Source of the DNA: Eimeria praecox
Lineage: Eukaryota
Assembly: GCA_963920595.1 (NCBI GenBank)
Contig: OY986948.1
Span: 5,518,001 to 5,582,000, forward strand
Direction: 5' to 3'
Length of the DNA stretch: 64,000 nucleotides
Of this stretch, positions 14,301-28,300 are shown piece by piece. The notes below the pieces were generated by a model that did not search any database, was not told the DNA's origin, and worked only from the letters and a program-made list of their open reading frames with translations. Position 1 is the stretch's first letter. Every line of letters begins with the position of its first letter. The position numbers and the translations under genes are program-made.

Positions 14301-14689
14301 CCTGCGGGGTTGTTGGCATTATTGCGTTTCACGTTTTGTTAAGGGAGGCTCGGGCATGAAGGTGGATACCTAGAAATACATGTGCGTGCTAGCTTAGGAT
14401 TACGAGCTGCTTCTGCTCTAGCCTTGTTTTGCTCGGTACCAGCATGTTCAGGATGTTTTGATACGCGGCGTGCGTAGGTAGCACCTAGTCTGGTTGTAGG
14501 AACGATCGTAGTGAGTTAGCGACGCAATATCCGCCCAGCCCAACGCATGGTGGGAGAGTGCAGCGACTCGCGAATGTGCGCTGTGCCTACCACTCAGCAG
14601 CGTTGGCAACTATCCCGCCTCTGCAGGATAACGGCTGCGCTCCAGGTGAAAACGAGGAACGACGAATTGGCCCGCGAAGCCCACCACAA

Positions 14690-15283
14690 GCAGCAAAAGC
14701 TGCGTAAAACTGCTTACCCATTGTACTAATGAACGCCCAAACCGTAGCTCATTGTGCACATACTGGGTAATGCAGAGGGATACATAACTCCTACAACTTC
14801 TGAATGTAAAATTCTTGGAGGTAATAGTTAAGCTGGTTTTTGTTCCGAGTAGGTGGAATTCATATTCGTGCCCTGTGTGCCTTTTTGAGCTGACCATATC
14901 GCAGCAGGGTGTTCGATTCGCTTTCTACCCGCATTAGGGGCAAATGCAATACTCACTGCATGCGCACGATATACCGTCGTTGTTGTGCTCCACGTGCTCG
15001 ATTGCCGTTGGCCACCCGCCAAGACGCCATTCGACCAAGCTATCCCCTGCAGGTAGCTGCGCCATCCTGGAATTAGCTAACTTGAGCTTTGCTTGCGTGC
15101 CCGCTATAGTAGCATTTTGGCAACCGGCGGGGGTATACGTAGTATTTTGTCGGAGGTGTGGGAGCTTGCAAGTGTGAGCTTAATGTGATCATGGACGTTG
15201 TGTGCTCGGGTCCACGAGAGCAGTATGACGCAGCCCTTTCTTGGGTTGCGGCCGCTCATTGCTTTGCCCAGGAAGTATGCATA
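14690..15283 (+). repeat. ~590 bp tract present twice in each 9.18 kb unit (first position)
   Basis: GCAGCAAAAGCTGCGTAAAACTGC...CCCAGGAAGTATGCATA is near-identical to 19159-19739. Seven copies start near 14690, 19159, 23867, 26087, 30556, 35265 and 39734. Confidence 0.93.
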
Positions 15284-18200
15284 GAGGTTCATTAGCGTGG
15301 TTGGTCAGCCTGAATATTGGTGGCGGTGATTGTTCTGAATGTGAAAAATCACCGCCAACCATAGGAAATATAGGAAATGCCGGGCTGCTGATGGCAGGGC
15401 AACGAGCACGAGTTCTGCTGATCTCCATGGCTCTTGCACAGAAAGGAGCTGAGCTGGTAGATCACTATATACGTATTGGGCAGCGCGAAAGAGCGCCGAA
15501 CCCGTAGTGCAGGCGGCTGTTCTGAGTTGGGCTAAGCTAGCTAAAGCGTTTTGCGTTCGGCGTAGGTGCGATTTATGAATGTCCTACTAGCTTTCTTGAG
15601 ATTCGTATCTCCAGGAAGCGAGCTGGTGGCACTATAATATAGTAAGCAGAGGCAAACAGGAAGCAACCCCTCGCATTGCACACCCCTGATGTCTTTTGAA
15701 CGTCTTGAATGTTTGTGGGTTCCCCTGGTCTTCCAAGAAGAAGTAAATCAACAAGGACGTACCGTCCAGCCAGTTGCATTCTTTAGCAATTAATACTGAC
15801 CGTGTTCTTGGTTGCTGACTCTCCTTGAACGTATCTCCGGCTGCTGGCAGAAACATAAACAGTATTTGGGTCAGGCCTGGGGGATGTGCAGTCGATCATC
15901 TTGGGGGTCTGTAGTCTGGCTGTGCATGGCATCGCGGGCGGTCAAGCCAAGCCTTCTTTGCAGCTGCAAGCGCCCACCATTCCTTCCAGAGAGTGTGCAA
16001 ATGATTGGTTGCGGTAGCTACGGAGATATGAAGGCCTTCCCGGTTGGAATAGGCTGTGCCACGCCTAGAGCACCCGAAGGGAATATCTACTTTGTAGTCG
16101 CAACTATCGCTACTGTTACTTTACAGATTGTATGAGCGGAGCCATGGCTGCGTATGCGCATGCGTGCAGATTCGTGGAGCTCCACTCTGAGGAAAAGTGG
16201 TAGCTCGCTTTTCTTTGGGGATGCTCTTCTTTGACTTGTACTGGAGAGCGGTCGTTCAATTTGATAGATGTGTATGCGAGAAAACAAACAGTGTCACTGA
16301 ATTGGTGAGGCACGTGGTGGGAGGAAGCTGCGACTAAACAGTGATTTGCGGCAAAGCCTTACTTCTACTAGCGGGCAGTCCGGGTATGTTTGATTTCAGT
16401 TGTTCCCTGGAGAAAGGGAATAGCAAAGGCTGGGTCGATGCCGACAGTGCGACCACGACAAGTTGTGTGGATTCGCATGGGGCTTGCACAAGCGAACACC
16501 GAATCCGCAGCGCATTGTGCACCAGCCTTTTGACAGAACCCCAGACTACACTGGGAGACCAGGTGGATGATTCTGGTTGGGCGAGGTTCGCTAGGCTGTT
16601 TTGTGCTTTGACGTGGAGCAGCGTCAGCGTATGCCGCTGCTGTTCCTGTGAGGCAGCCATGTCGCCTCAGGATCTACGAAAGATTGTTCCGTCAACCACC
16701 ACGGTGAACAGGATACAGCTGGCCTCCTTTCACGGGCGCGATAAGGCATATGGGGAGATTTCGATTCGCATTGGCTTTCTACCAAAATGCAGCTCGACAG
16801 AGACGCCCCACGCGGCCAGCTGCACCATTTTGCTGTTCGTATAGTGCTTGAGCTTGCTTCGTCTGGCCTGCCTGATTGAAACCATCTCCGTCCTTCGCAA
16901 GCAGTACCCGTAGCATTTGGCGGGAGAGGCTTGGATCCAGCATGTGTCAACATTGTGGGCTTATGCAGAGCATGTGCGCGCGGTTGCGGGCGCGCTGGAG
17001 CGGAGAGTTCTCTGTTTTACGCTCGGGCACTGCTATGACCAGAGAGTATGGAATTAGAAGCATTGCTCCGTGCGGTTATGGCTCCTGTTGCGTTTGCCCG
17101 TGTGTGACGGCAACCCTGGACGTGCGTCTGTGTGCATGCCGCTTTGTTGGCTTCCAGTGTGCGTAGAAGCGGCAGCTTATTTTGCAGTAGCCTTTCTTTT
17201 TTCTCGCCTTTACTGTGGCACGTGAATGCCTCAGTACAAAGTGTGTGTTTGAGCGGCAAGGGGCGAAATTACGAACAATGCCAATAAATTGGGGGTGCAC
17301 CATAGATGCAACGCAAAAGATGGTAGAAGGAGGCAGGGAATACGCGGTGATTTGGATCAAACGTTTGTAGCATCTGCAATCAGCCTCGCTACTTTTGATT
17401 GTAGCTGTTCTGCCGGGAGCAGGAGTAGAGATGGGTGTACATCGGCGGGCCGGGGGTTCTGAAACAGTTGTTTAAATCCCCGTGGCGCTTGCAAAAGAGT
17501 ACGCGGACCCCCATATCTCAGTGCTGAGCTCTTCTATAGCGCAGGAAAGACCAGGGCTCGTATTGCAAGTCTATGGATGAGGTTTGGCGAAAGTAGTTTA
17601 GCTGCTTTGTGCTTGGAGGAAGTGCAGCTTCTGGATGCGGCATTCATTTTAATAAGGGTACAACATCATACGGCATCGCGTGGTTAAGTGCAGCTAACCC
17701 TGACCATAGTAGGCAAAGGTAAAGGTAAGCACGCCCGCCCTCGGAGAGCTCGTTACGTCTTCCGAACGTCCAGAACGTTTTTCAACGCTGTTGACCTCCC
17801 AGGGGCAAGCGATGCGACCAGGAACCCCCATGCATTCAGTTCTCTCCTTTAACAGGTGGTGCTAATATTGTTGTAGTTCGCTTGGCATGAATGAAAGGTG
17901 GCGTGTCTATCGGTAGGAGGGTGCGCTGTATTGGGGCGAGCTAGGGCACATGGGCATGCGAGCATTTCGGCCTTGCGCAGTTTGTGTGCACCTCTCTAAG
18001 AGAGTTGCTATCTTCCCTGGCATTGCTTGGTATACTGTCCACAAAATGTGCAAATAATTAGCCACCATAGTTGAGGAAATGCGAAGCGTTTAGAACCAAG
18101 AAGAGGTTGCCGCAAGCCTAGAGCATGGAAAGTGAATTTTTACTTTGTGGACGCAGAAGCTGGTACTGTTATGCTTCAGCGTGTATGAGAGCAGGCTTAC

Positions 18201-19158
18201 ATGTGTATGTACATATGTGCATATTGCGGAGCTGCACTTTGATAATTCGGAGGGAATTTTGCATTCAAGATGGCCTTCTTTGCTTATCACTGAGGCGGGA
18301 TACTCCGATACGCGATATGCCTTTAGCCGACACAGCCACACATGAGAAACAGTGCCGATGAATTGTTGCAGGGGTCCTAGTGCAGCTCCATACCGGGTAG
18401 GAAGAAGCAGTGAATACACAGTGATTTGTATGAACCTATCAGGAGTAAAGACCAGACCGGTGAGGCATGAGGTCCGCTGTTTTGCAGAGGAAGCGAGTAG
18501 TGAAGGCGATGCAGCTTAAGACAAAGTGTAAATCCATATTTGTAGACCAAGGAACTACGGAACTGGGATTCCTGGCGTTGTTTCTTCTTGGGACAGATAA
18601 GTTACGCTGCGTCCCGTTCCGAGTAGGTGCAACGTCTTAATGTTTAGCTGATACCCGTCCGAGCTAGCCATGCTTCCAAAAAGAAATTATAACGCTTTTC
18701 CACCAACATCCGGGGCTATCCGGATGCAATCCTCCTTTCGTTTTGTGCGTGATGTATCTTCTTTGTCTTGAAGATGCTCCATTCACTATGCTCTTTCAAC
18801 GCGAAGCCATACGACTGGAGGGCTCCATGCAGTCTGCTTCTCTCCTATGCAGTTTGTATTGCCCTCGTGGTTAGTCCGCCTACCCTGGTTAGGATACGCT
18901 TTGTCCTGCAGTCATAGAGATTGTATGCTTCCGCATTCCTTGCTCTGCGATTGCTCATTGTCTCACCCAGGACGTATGCATATAGTTGGTACCCAGAATA
19001 GCGAAAACAGGAAGCCATAACATCTGGAACAGTTGCACCTCACCTGAAGCACCCCACGGATGCTTATCATCGCAACGCAGTTACACGACCAAATCCATTC
19101 AGAGCGGTAGGGTGCAACGCGGGCAAAGCGAAAGCAGGGCAAGAGGGAGGCAGGCCAT

Positions 19159-19739
19159 GCAGCAAAAGCTGCGTAAAACTGCTTACCCATTGTACTAATG
19201 AACGCCAAAACGTAGCTCATTGTGCACATACTGGGTAATGCAGAGGGATACATAACTCCTACAACTTCTGAATGTAAAATTCTTGGAGGTAATAGTTAAG
19301 CCGAGTAGGTGGAATTCATATTCGTGCCCTGTGTGCCTTTTTGAGCTGACCATATCGCAGCAGGGTGTTCGATTCGCTTTCTACCCGCATTAGGGGCAAA
19401 TGCAATACTCACTGCATGCGCACGATATACCGTCGTTGTTGTGCTCCACGTGCTCGATTGCCGTTGGCCACCCGCCAAGACGCCATTCGACCAAGCTATC
19501 CCCTGCAGGCAGTTGCACCATCCTGGAATTAGCTAACTTGATCTTTGCTTGCGTGCCCGCTATAGTAGCATTTTGGCAACTGGCGGGGGTATACGTAGTA
19601 TTTTGTCGGAGGTGTGGGAGCTTGCAAGTGTGAGCTTAATGTGATCATGGACGTTGTGTGCTCGGGTCCACGAGAGCAGTATGACGCAGCCCTTTCTTGG
19701 GTTGCGGCCGCTCATTGCTTTGCCCAGGAAGTATGCATA
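19159..19739 (+). repeat. ~590 bp tract present twice in each 9.18 kb unit (second position)
   Basis: Matches 14690-15283 apart from a ~12 nt deletion at 19300 and a few SNPs. The flanks belong to a different diverged monomer. Confidence 0.93.
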
Positions 19740-22700
19740 TAGTTGGTTCCCATAATAGCAAAGACGGGAAGCCGTAGCAGCTTGAAGAGTTGTAGCAAGC
19801 ATGAAATACCCCATGCACCCTTATCGTGTGAACGCAGTGACAGGCACACATCCGTTCAGGGCTGTTTTGGGGCAAGCACGAATGCACACGCAAATGCATA
19901 GGGGTTTATGACGTTGCTCTGTGAGAAGGCGTACAAGCTCACTCTGGTTTAGCCATGCACTTCTACGAGGTGTTATCAGCGAGGCGCTTGGGTGAATGCA
20001 TTATGGACGATGCACATGAATTGATGAGGCAATATATGCACGGCGCAGTGCGAATTGCACGCCGCATCCGACGGCGTGGCCAGCATACGAGTTGTGGAAG
20101 TCTACATGGCGCTTGCACAAAAGAACGCAGAAACCGCAGCGCAGCCACTTCCTTGTTGTGTGGAGGGGCTAATCAAGCTCTCTACCTTTTGAATTAGGTG
20201 CAACGTATACGTGCGGGCTTAACAGGAACAAAGTAATCGATCTATATGCTCATGATGCTTCAGGAAGCTGTTAAACATTTTCGACTATCGACGGCTCGCA
20301 AGCAAGCAAAGACTCTATGGGCACCCAATGCAGCCAGCCATATGTTTTTGCATTTGGTGGGCCGCGTGGCCTTGGTAAAATCAGCACAGTTGGAAGCAAG
20401 ACGTATACGTAGAACTTGGCGAAGGGATAGAGAACTTGCGTGTATGAGCATCATGGGCTCGCCAAATCTGTGCTCGCACGTGTACATGCCCGGTGTGCCG
20501 AAAGCGTATATGAGGTCATCCTCGCCCTGTGTTTTGTGCAGGAAGTATGCGCATAATTATTTACAAGACATGCCGACATTCTAAGCATTTAATAGCCAAA
20601 ATAGCTTATTTGTCTATTCCCTGCTATCGGTACTGCTGCGTTTCAGGAAGTACGACAGCAGGCATGGATATGCATGTTCATGCGTGGAGATACGTGGCAT
20701 TGCAGTGTGAAAAAAATATTTCTTTTTTGCCTTGAACTCGCCCTTCCTTGATGTCATCAGGGCGAGAGTGTTTCGATGCTTGACATGCGTTTGCGCGAGG
20801 GAGCCTGGCATTACGAAAAAATTCGGTTAATTGGCGACACAGTATATATATGCGGCGCATTGCATGCAGTGACTACGGCGGCGAGCTCTGCTAAAGGTAG
20901 TGGTAGTGTGGGCGATTATCCCGTCTTTTGTATGGTGGCAGTTGTTCCGCGGGAAAGCGGTAAAAGCGAAGAATGGGTTCACGGAGGACAGGACCGGTGG
21001 CACAAGCTCTGTAAATCTGCACACTGGTTGCACAAAAGGAGACCGATTCCGTAGCTCATTGTATAGCAATTAGATAGCGGAGAAGGGAGTGTGATTTCTA
21101 GGGCACACGGGTGTAGAATGCGTGATGAGAATAATCACGTTGTAGTTAGGCTGTTTTGTGTTGCGAGCGCGTGGAACTAGTTTGAGCTGGCCGTATTGCA
21201 GCGGGGCGCCCGAAGCCCTTTCTACCAGCATCCGAGCTCAACGTAAAGTGCGATGCTTACTGCATGTGCAAGATATATCATTGCCCCCGTGTTCAGCATG
21301 CTCGATTGTCGGTGGTCTTTCCGCAAGAAATGACCACGAGGCCCCATGCAGGCAGCTGGCTGTTTGCGCAGTTGGTAATAAGCTTGAATGTGGGTTGTTT
21401 GACCTGGTTGAAATCAGCTCTGTCTACGTACGAGTGTACTCTGTCTATTTGGCGGGGATGTAGGGAGCGAGGCAATGTGAGCGTTTTGGACGGTATGCAA
21501 ATTGTGCGGGCGCCTACGGAGGCGCTTCGGCAAAGCCTTTACTTGAGCTAGGATCGCGCCTTCATTTGCGCAGAGAGTATGCAATTGCAGTCAAAATTGC
21601 CTCGCAGTCATGGGATACTGTTTCTTTTCAGGTTTTCTTGCGCCAGGCATGGGTGTGAGCATGCATACATACAGAGGTGTGCAGGAAAATCGTGGAGAGA
21701 AGCCGAGGTTCGTTCGGGCTTCCTTCGACATTGTGGCCAACACGACGTTCGTAAATCCGCATGTCGCTTGCACCAAGGAGCTCGGAAACTGTGGCGCACT
21801 GCGAAGCAGGGAGGTAACGCTATGCGGAGTGGAATCCGTAATGCAGGCGTCTGTTTTGGGATTGGCAAGATTAGCTAGGCCGTTTTGCATTCGCAGTAGG
21901 TGCCACGTAAGAATGCTACAGATTTGACTTTAGCGAAGTGACGATAAACTGTTGATAGCGCTTCGGCATGCTAGGCTGCGGCAAACGAGCAGCAGACGCT
22001 TGTTTTGCACGCACGCGGTGGTTCCCGAGCGTATTGAGCATTTTCAATTATTGCTGGTCTCCCAAGAGCAAGGTGTGCGGGAGGCGCGCCCCATGCAGCC
22101 ACATGCATTGTTTTGCGCTCAGTAGGAGGCCTGCGCTTCGCCTGTCCTTGGTTAAGTTCTGCCTGTTAGCTGTAGGACGTGCAAGGAGTATCTGGAGGCA
22201 CGCTAGAAGACGTGCATGTGTGAAATTTGTTGCTTTCCGTGGTTTGCATGCCCGCGTCTAAGCGCATGCTGTGGCGAAATCTTCTCTCGCGTCCCCATCG
22301 CCTGCTGCGTTGGCCAGAGGGTATGCAAATGGCTGCCTGCCAGGGTTGGGTATATGCTAGATATTTAGCAGCTAGAACAGTTTGTAGCACATCTGAAGCA
22401 GTGGCTGCTATATTGATTAAATGATTCGCCACTATGGGTACTGTTACATTTCAGCGTGTATGAGAGCAGGCATAGATGCGTGTCTGTGTGCGTGGGTGTG
22501 TCGGAGTGCAGCATTGTGGTGTTGCAGTGTAAGGAACAGGAGCCCGTTTTTCTGAGGCGGTGTTCGGTTTTGGCTTTTGCTGGGCGGGGCGCCTCGACAC
22601 GCGATTGGGTTTACACGACAGAGACTAGCAGTACGAGCGGTGTCAGGATGTTCGAAGTACGACCCACGGGGAAGCAGCGCCTACGCTAGGTGTACTCGGT

Positions 22701-23079
22701 AGATCTTCAGTTGCGTTGGCACTGAGTCCGGTTATGCATAATACATGCTGTTCCCCGACAAAGAGGAGTAGCGAAGCGCTAGTCGCGGACAGCGTTGCGA
22801 CCAACGTGAGTTGCGTAGATCTGCATGGCGCCTGCATAAGGGAGCCTGCAGGTCATTATGCAGCTACTCAATAACATGCAGGAAAACGGGACCCGTGGTG
22901 CAGGTAAAGGCGTTGGGATTGGCGAGATTATTTAAGCTGTTTTGCGTTGGGACTAGGTGCAGCATACGAATGTGCCAATCACTTTCGTTCGAGCACGCCA
23001 AGCTATTGATAGGACTCCAGCATAGCAAGCAGAGACAAACAGGAATCAGGCCTTCGGTTTGCCGACGCATGGCGTTTTC

Positions 23080-25359
23080 CGAACGCCGCGAACGTTTCCG
23101 ATTATCGCTCGCCTTTGCCCCACAAATCGCTTGACACGGAGCACTCATGCAACCCACTGCACTGTTTAACAGTTGGTATTAGGCTTGGGCTTGCTTCGTT
23201 TTCTTTGTTTACAATAAGCTCTGTCTTCCGACGGTCGAGCTCCCCGTGTTGGACTAGAGCTAAGAAGCGTGAAACAAGGAGCTTCCTAAGTTTGAGTCGT
23301 TTGTGTTCGCGCCCGCCCTAACGCGATGTCCGGAGGCATTCTGTCGCGCTTTTATCCCCGGCTGTTCTGACCAGGCTGTATGCACATGATTCACTGCCGC
23401 AGTTGCCGATCCACGGAGCACCTAGCCGCTATAACGGTTTGGCGGAAGCTTGAAACGCACGCAGCACACTTACCTTCCCTGCGGGGTTGTTGGCATTATT
23501 GCGTTTCACGTTTTGTTAAGGGAGGCTCAGGCACGAATGTGGATACCTAGAGATACATGTGCGTGCTAGCTTAGGATTACGAGCTGCTTCTGCTCTAGCC
23601 TTGTTTTGCTCGGTACCAGCATGTTCAGGATGTTTTGATACGCGGCATGCGTAGGTAGCACCTAGTCTGGCTGTAGGAACGATCCTAATGAGTTAGCGAC
23701 GCAATATCCGCCCAGCCCAACGCATGGTGGGAGAGTGCAGCGACTCCCGAATGTGCGCTGTGCCTACCACTCAGCAGCGTTGGCAACTATCCCGCCTCTG
23801 CAGGATAACGGCTGCGCTCCAGGTGAAAACGAGGAACGACGAGTTGGCCCGCGAAGCCCACCACAAGCAGCAAAAGCTGCGTAAAACTGCTTACCCATTG
23901 TACTAATGAACGCCCAAACCGTAGCTCATTGTGCACATACTGGGTAATGCAGAGGGATACATAACTCCTACAACTTCTGAATGTAAAATTCTTGGAGGTA
24001 ATAGTTGAGCTGGGTTTTGTTCCGAGTAGGTGGAATTCATATTCGTGCCCTGTGTGCCTTTTTGAGCTGACCATATCGCAGCAGGGTGTTCGATTCGCTT
24101 TCTACCCGCATTAGGGGCAAATGCAATACTCACTGCATGCGCACGATATACCGTCGTTGTTGTGCTCCACGTGCTCGATTGCCGTTGGCCACCCGCCAAG
24201 ACGCCATTCGACCAAGCTATCCCCTGCAGGCAGCTGCGCCTTCCTGGAATTAGCTAACTTGAGCTTTGCTTGCGTGCCCGCTATAGTAGCATTTTGGCAA
24301 CCGGCGGGGGTATACGTAGTATTTTGTCGGAGGTGTGGGAGCTTGCAAGTGTGAGCTTAATGTGATCATGGACGTTGTGTGCTCGGGTCCACGAGAGCAG
24401 TATGACGCAGCCCTTTCTTGGGTTGCGGCCGCTCATTGCTTTGCCCAGGAAGTACGCATAGAGGTTCATTAGCGTGGTTGGTCAGCCTGAATATTGGTGG
24501 CGGTGATTGTTCTGAATGTGAAAAATCACCGCCAACCATAGGAAATATAGGAAATGCCGGGCTGCTGATGGCAGGGCAACGAGCACGAGTTCTGCTGATA
24601 TCCATGGCTCTTGCACAGAAAGGAGCTGAGCTGGTAGATCACTATATACGTATTGGGCAGCGCGAAAGAGCGCCGAACCCGTAGTGCAGGCGGCTGTTCT
24701 GAGTTGGGCTAAGCTAGCTAAAGCGTTTTGCGTTCGGCGTAGGTGCGATTTATGAATGTCCTACTAGCTTTCTTGAGATTCGTATCTCCAGGAAGCGAGC
24801 TGGTGGCACTATAATATAGTAAGCAGAGGCAAACAGGAAGCAGCCCCTCGCATTGCACACCCCTGATGTCTTTTGAACGTCTTGAATGTTTGTGGGTTCC
24901 CCTGGTCTTCCAAGAAGAAGTAAATCAACAAGGACGTACCGTCCAGCCAGTTGCATTCTTTAGCAATTAATACTGACCGTGTTCTTGGTTGCTGACTCTC
25001 CTTGAACGTATCTCCGGCTGCTGGCAGAAACATAAACAGTATTTGGGTCAGGCCTGGGGGATGTGCAGTCGATCATCTTGGGGGTCTGTAGTTTGGCTGT
25101 GCATGGCATCGCGGGCGGTCAAGCCAAGCCTTCTTTGCAGCTGCAAGCGCCCACCATTCCTTCCAGAGAGTGTGCAAATGATTGGTTGCGGTAGCTACGG
25201 AGATATGAAGGCCTTCCCGGTTGGAATAGGCTGTGCCACGCCTAGAGCACCCGAAGGGAATATCTACTTTGTAGTCGCAACTATCGCTACTGTTACTTTA
25301 CAGATTGTATGAGCCGAGCCATGGCTGCGTATGCGCATGCGTGCAGATTCGTGGAGCTC
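23080..25359 (+). repeat. ~9.18 kb repeat, truncated copy B (first ~2.28 kb only)
   Basis: Matches 13903-16182 and stops after GCAGATTCGTGGAGCTCC. The next copy is offset by 2220. Confidence 0.93.
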
Positions 25360-28300
25360 CCCTGTGATGCAACTCGCTGCATTATTTAGCAATTAGTATT
25401 AGGCTTGGGCGTGATTTGTTTTCTTTGTTTACAATAAGCTCTGTCTTCCGACGGTCGAGCTCCCCGTGTTGGACTAGAGCTAAGAAGCGTGAAACAAGGA
25501 GCTTCCTAAGTTTGAGTCGTTTGTGTTCGCGCCCGCCCTAACGCGATGTCCGGAGGCATTCTGTCGCGCTTTTATCCCCGGCTGTTCTGACCAGGCTGTA
25601 TGCACATGATTCACTGCCGCAGTTGCCGATCCACGGAGCACCTAGCCGCTATAACGGTTTGGCGGAAGCTTGAAACGCACGCAACACACTTACCTTCCCT
25701 GCAGGGTTGTTGGCATTATTGCGTTTCACGTTTTGTTAAGGGAGGCTCGGGCATGAATGTGGATACCTAGAGATACATGTGCGTGCTAGCTTAGGATTAC
25801 GAGCTGCTTCTGCTCTAGCCTTGTTTTGCTCGGTACCAGCATGTTCAGGATGTTTTGATACGCGGCATGCGTAGGTAGCACCTAGTCTGGCTGTAGGAAC
25901 GATCCTAATGAGTTAGCGACGCAGTATCCGCCCAGCCCAACGCATGGTGGGAGAGTGCAGCGACTCCCAAATGTGCGTTGTGCCTACCACTCAGCAGCGT
26001 TGGCAACTATCCCGCCTCTGCAGGATAACGGCTGCGCTCCAGGTGAAAACGAGGAACGACGAGTTGGCCCGCGAAGCCCACCACAAGCAGCAAAAGCTGC
26101 GTAAAACTGCTTACCCGTTGTACGAATGAACGCCCAAACCGTAGCTCATTGTGCACATACTGGGTAATGCAGAGGGATGCATAACTCCTACAACTTCTGA
26201 ATGTAAAATTCTTAGAGGTAATAGTTAAGCTGGTTTTTGTTCCGAGTAGGTGGAATTCATATTCGTGCCCTGTGTGCCTTTTTGAGCTGACCATATCGCA
26301 GCAGGGTGTTCGATTCGCTTTCTACCCGCATTAGGGGCAAATGCAATACTCACTGCATGCGCACGATATACCGTCGTTGTTGTGCTCCACGTGCTCGATT
26401 GCCGTTGGCCACCCGCCAAGACGCCATTCGACCAAGCTATCCCCTGCAGGTAGCTGCGCCATCCTGGAATTAGCTAACTTGAGCTTTGCTTGCGTGCCCG
26501 CTATAGTAGCATTTTGGCAACCGGCGGGGGTATACGTAGTATTTTGTCGGAGGTGTGGGAGCTTGCAAGTGTGAGCTTAATGTGATCATGGACGTTGTGT
26601 GCTCGGGTCCACGAGAGCAGTATGACGCAGCCCTTTCTTGGGTTGCGGCCGCTCATTGCTTTGCCCAGGAAGTATGCATAGAGGTTCATTAGCGTGGTTG
26701 GTCAGCCTGAATATTGGTGGCGGTGATTGTTCTGAATGTGAAAAATCACCGCCAACCATAGGAAATATAGGAAATGCCGGGCTGCTGATGGCAGGGCAAC
26801 GAGCACGAGTTCTGCTGATCTCCATGGCTCTTGCACAGAAAGGAGCTGAGCTGGTAGATCACTATATACGTATTGGGCAGCGCGAAAGAGCGCCGAACCC
26901 GTAGTGCAGGCGGCTGTTCTGAGTTGGGCTAAGCTAGCTAAAGCGTTTTGCGTTCGGCGTAGGTGCGATTTATGAATGTCCTACTAGCTTTCTTGAGATT
27001 CGTATCTCCAGGAAGCGAGCTGGTGGCACTATAATATAGTAAGCAGAGGCAAACAGGAAGCAACCCCTCGCATTGCACACCCCTGATGTCTTTTGAACGT
27101 CTTGAATGTTTGTGGGTTCCCCTGGTCTTCCAAGAAGAAGTAAATCAACAAGGACGTACCGTCCAGCCAGTTGCATTCTTTAGCAATTAATACTGACCGT
27201 GTTCTTGGTTGCTGACTCTCCTTGAACGTATCTCCGGCTGCTGGCAGAAACATAAACAGTATTTGGGTCAGGCCTGGGGGATGTGCAGTCGATCATCTTG
27301 GGGGTCTGTAGTTTGGCTGTGCATGGCATCGCGGGCGGTCAAGCCAAGCCTTCTTTGCAGCTGCAAGCGCCCACCATTCCTTCCAGAGAGTGTGCAAATG
27401 ATTGGTTGCGGTAGCTACGGAGATATGAAGGCCTTCCCGGTTGGAATAGGCTGTGCCACGCCTAGAGCACCCGAAGGGAATATCTACTTTGTAGTCGCAA
27501 CTATCGCTACTGTTACTTTACAGCTTGTATGAGCGGAGCCATGGCTGTGTATGCGCATGCGCGCAGATTCGTGGAGCTCCACTGTGAGGAAAAGTGGTAA
27601 CTCGCTTTTCTTTGGGGATGCTCTTCTTTGGCTTGTACTGGAGAGCGGTCGTTCAATTTGATAGATGTGTATGCGAGAAAACAAACTGTATCAGTGAATT
27701 CGTGAGGCACGTGGTGGGAGGAAGCTGCGACTAAACAGTGATTTGCGGCACAGCCTTACTTCTACTAACGGGCAGTCCGGGTATGCTTGATTTCAGTTGT
27801 TCCCTGGAGAAAGGGAATAGCCAAGAGTGGGTCGAGGCCGACAGTGCAACCACGGCAAGTTGTGTGGATTCGCATGGCGCTTGCACAAGAGAACACCGAA
27901 TCGACAGCGCATTGTGCACCAGCGTTTTGACAGAACCCCAGGCTACACTGGGAGACCAGGTGGATGATTCTGGTTGGGCGAGGTTCGCTAGGCTGTTTTG
28001 TGCTTTGACGTGGAGCAGCGTCAGCGTATGCCGCTGCTGTTCCTGTGAGGCAGCCATGTCGCCGCAGGATCTACGAAAGATTGTTCCGTCAACCACCACG
28101 GTGAACAGGATACAGCTGGCCTCCTTTCACGGGCGCGATAAGGCATATGGGGAGATTTCGATTCGCATTGGCTTTCTACCAAAATGCAGCTCGACAGAGA
28201 CGCCCCACGCGGCCAGCTGCACCATTTTGCTGTTCGTATAGTGCTTGAGCTTGCTTCGTCTGGCCTGCCTGATTGAAACCATCTCCGTCCTTCGCAAGCA

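Larger units (their letters stand above)
13903..23079 (+). repeat. ~9.18 kb higher-order repeat, copy A (about 10 monomers)
   Basis: ORF translations recur at offset 9177 (14547 to 23724), 11397 (to 25944) and 20575 (to 35122). Confidence 0.95.

Noticed and set aside
16334..16844. Monomers as an Eimeria SAG (GPI-anchored surface antigen) tandem cluster
   Set aside because: Tandem ~1 kb units with cysteines suggested this, but I found no signal peptide, no SAG-like CLxxxNxxR or SFVALYNP-type motifs and no GPI tail on either strand.
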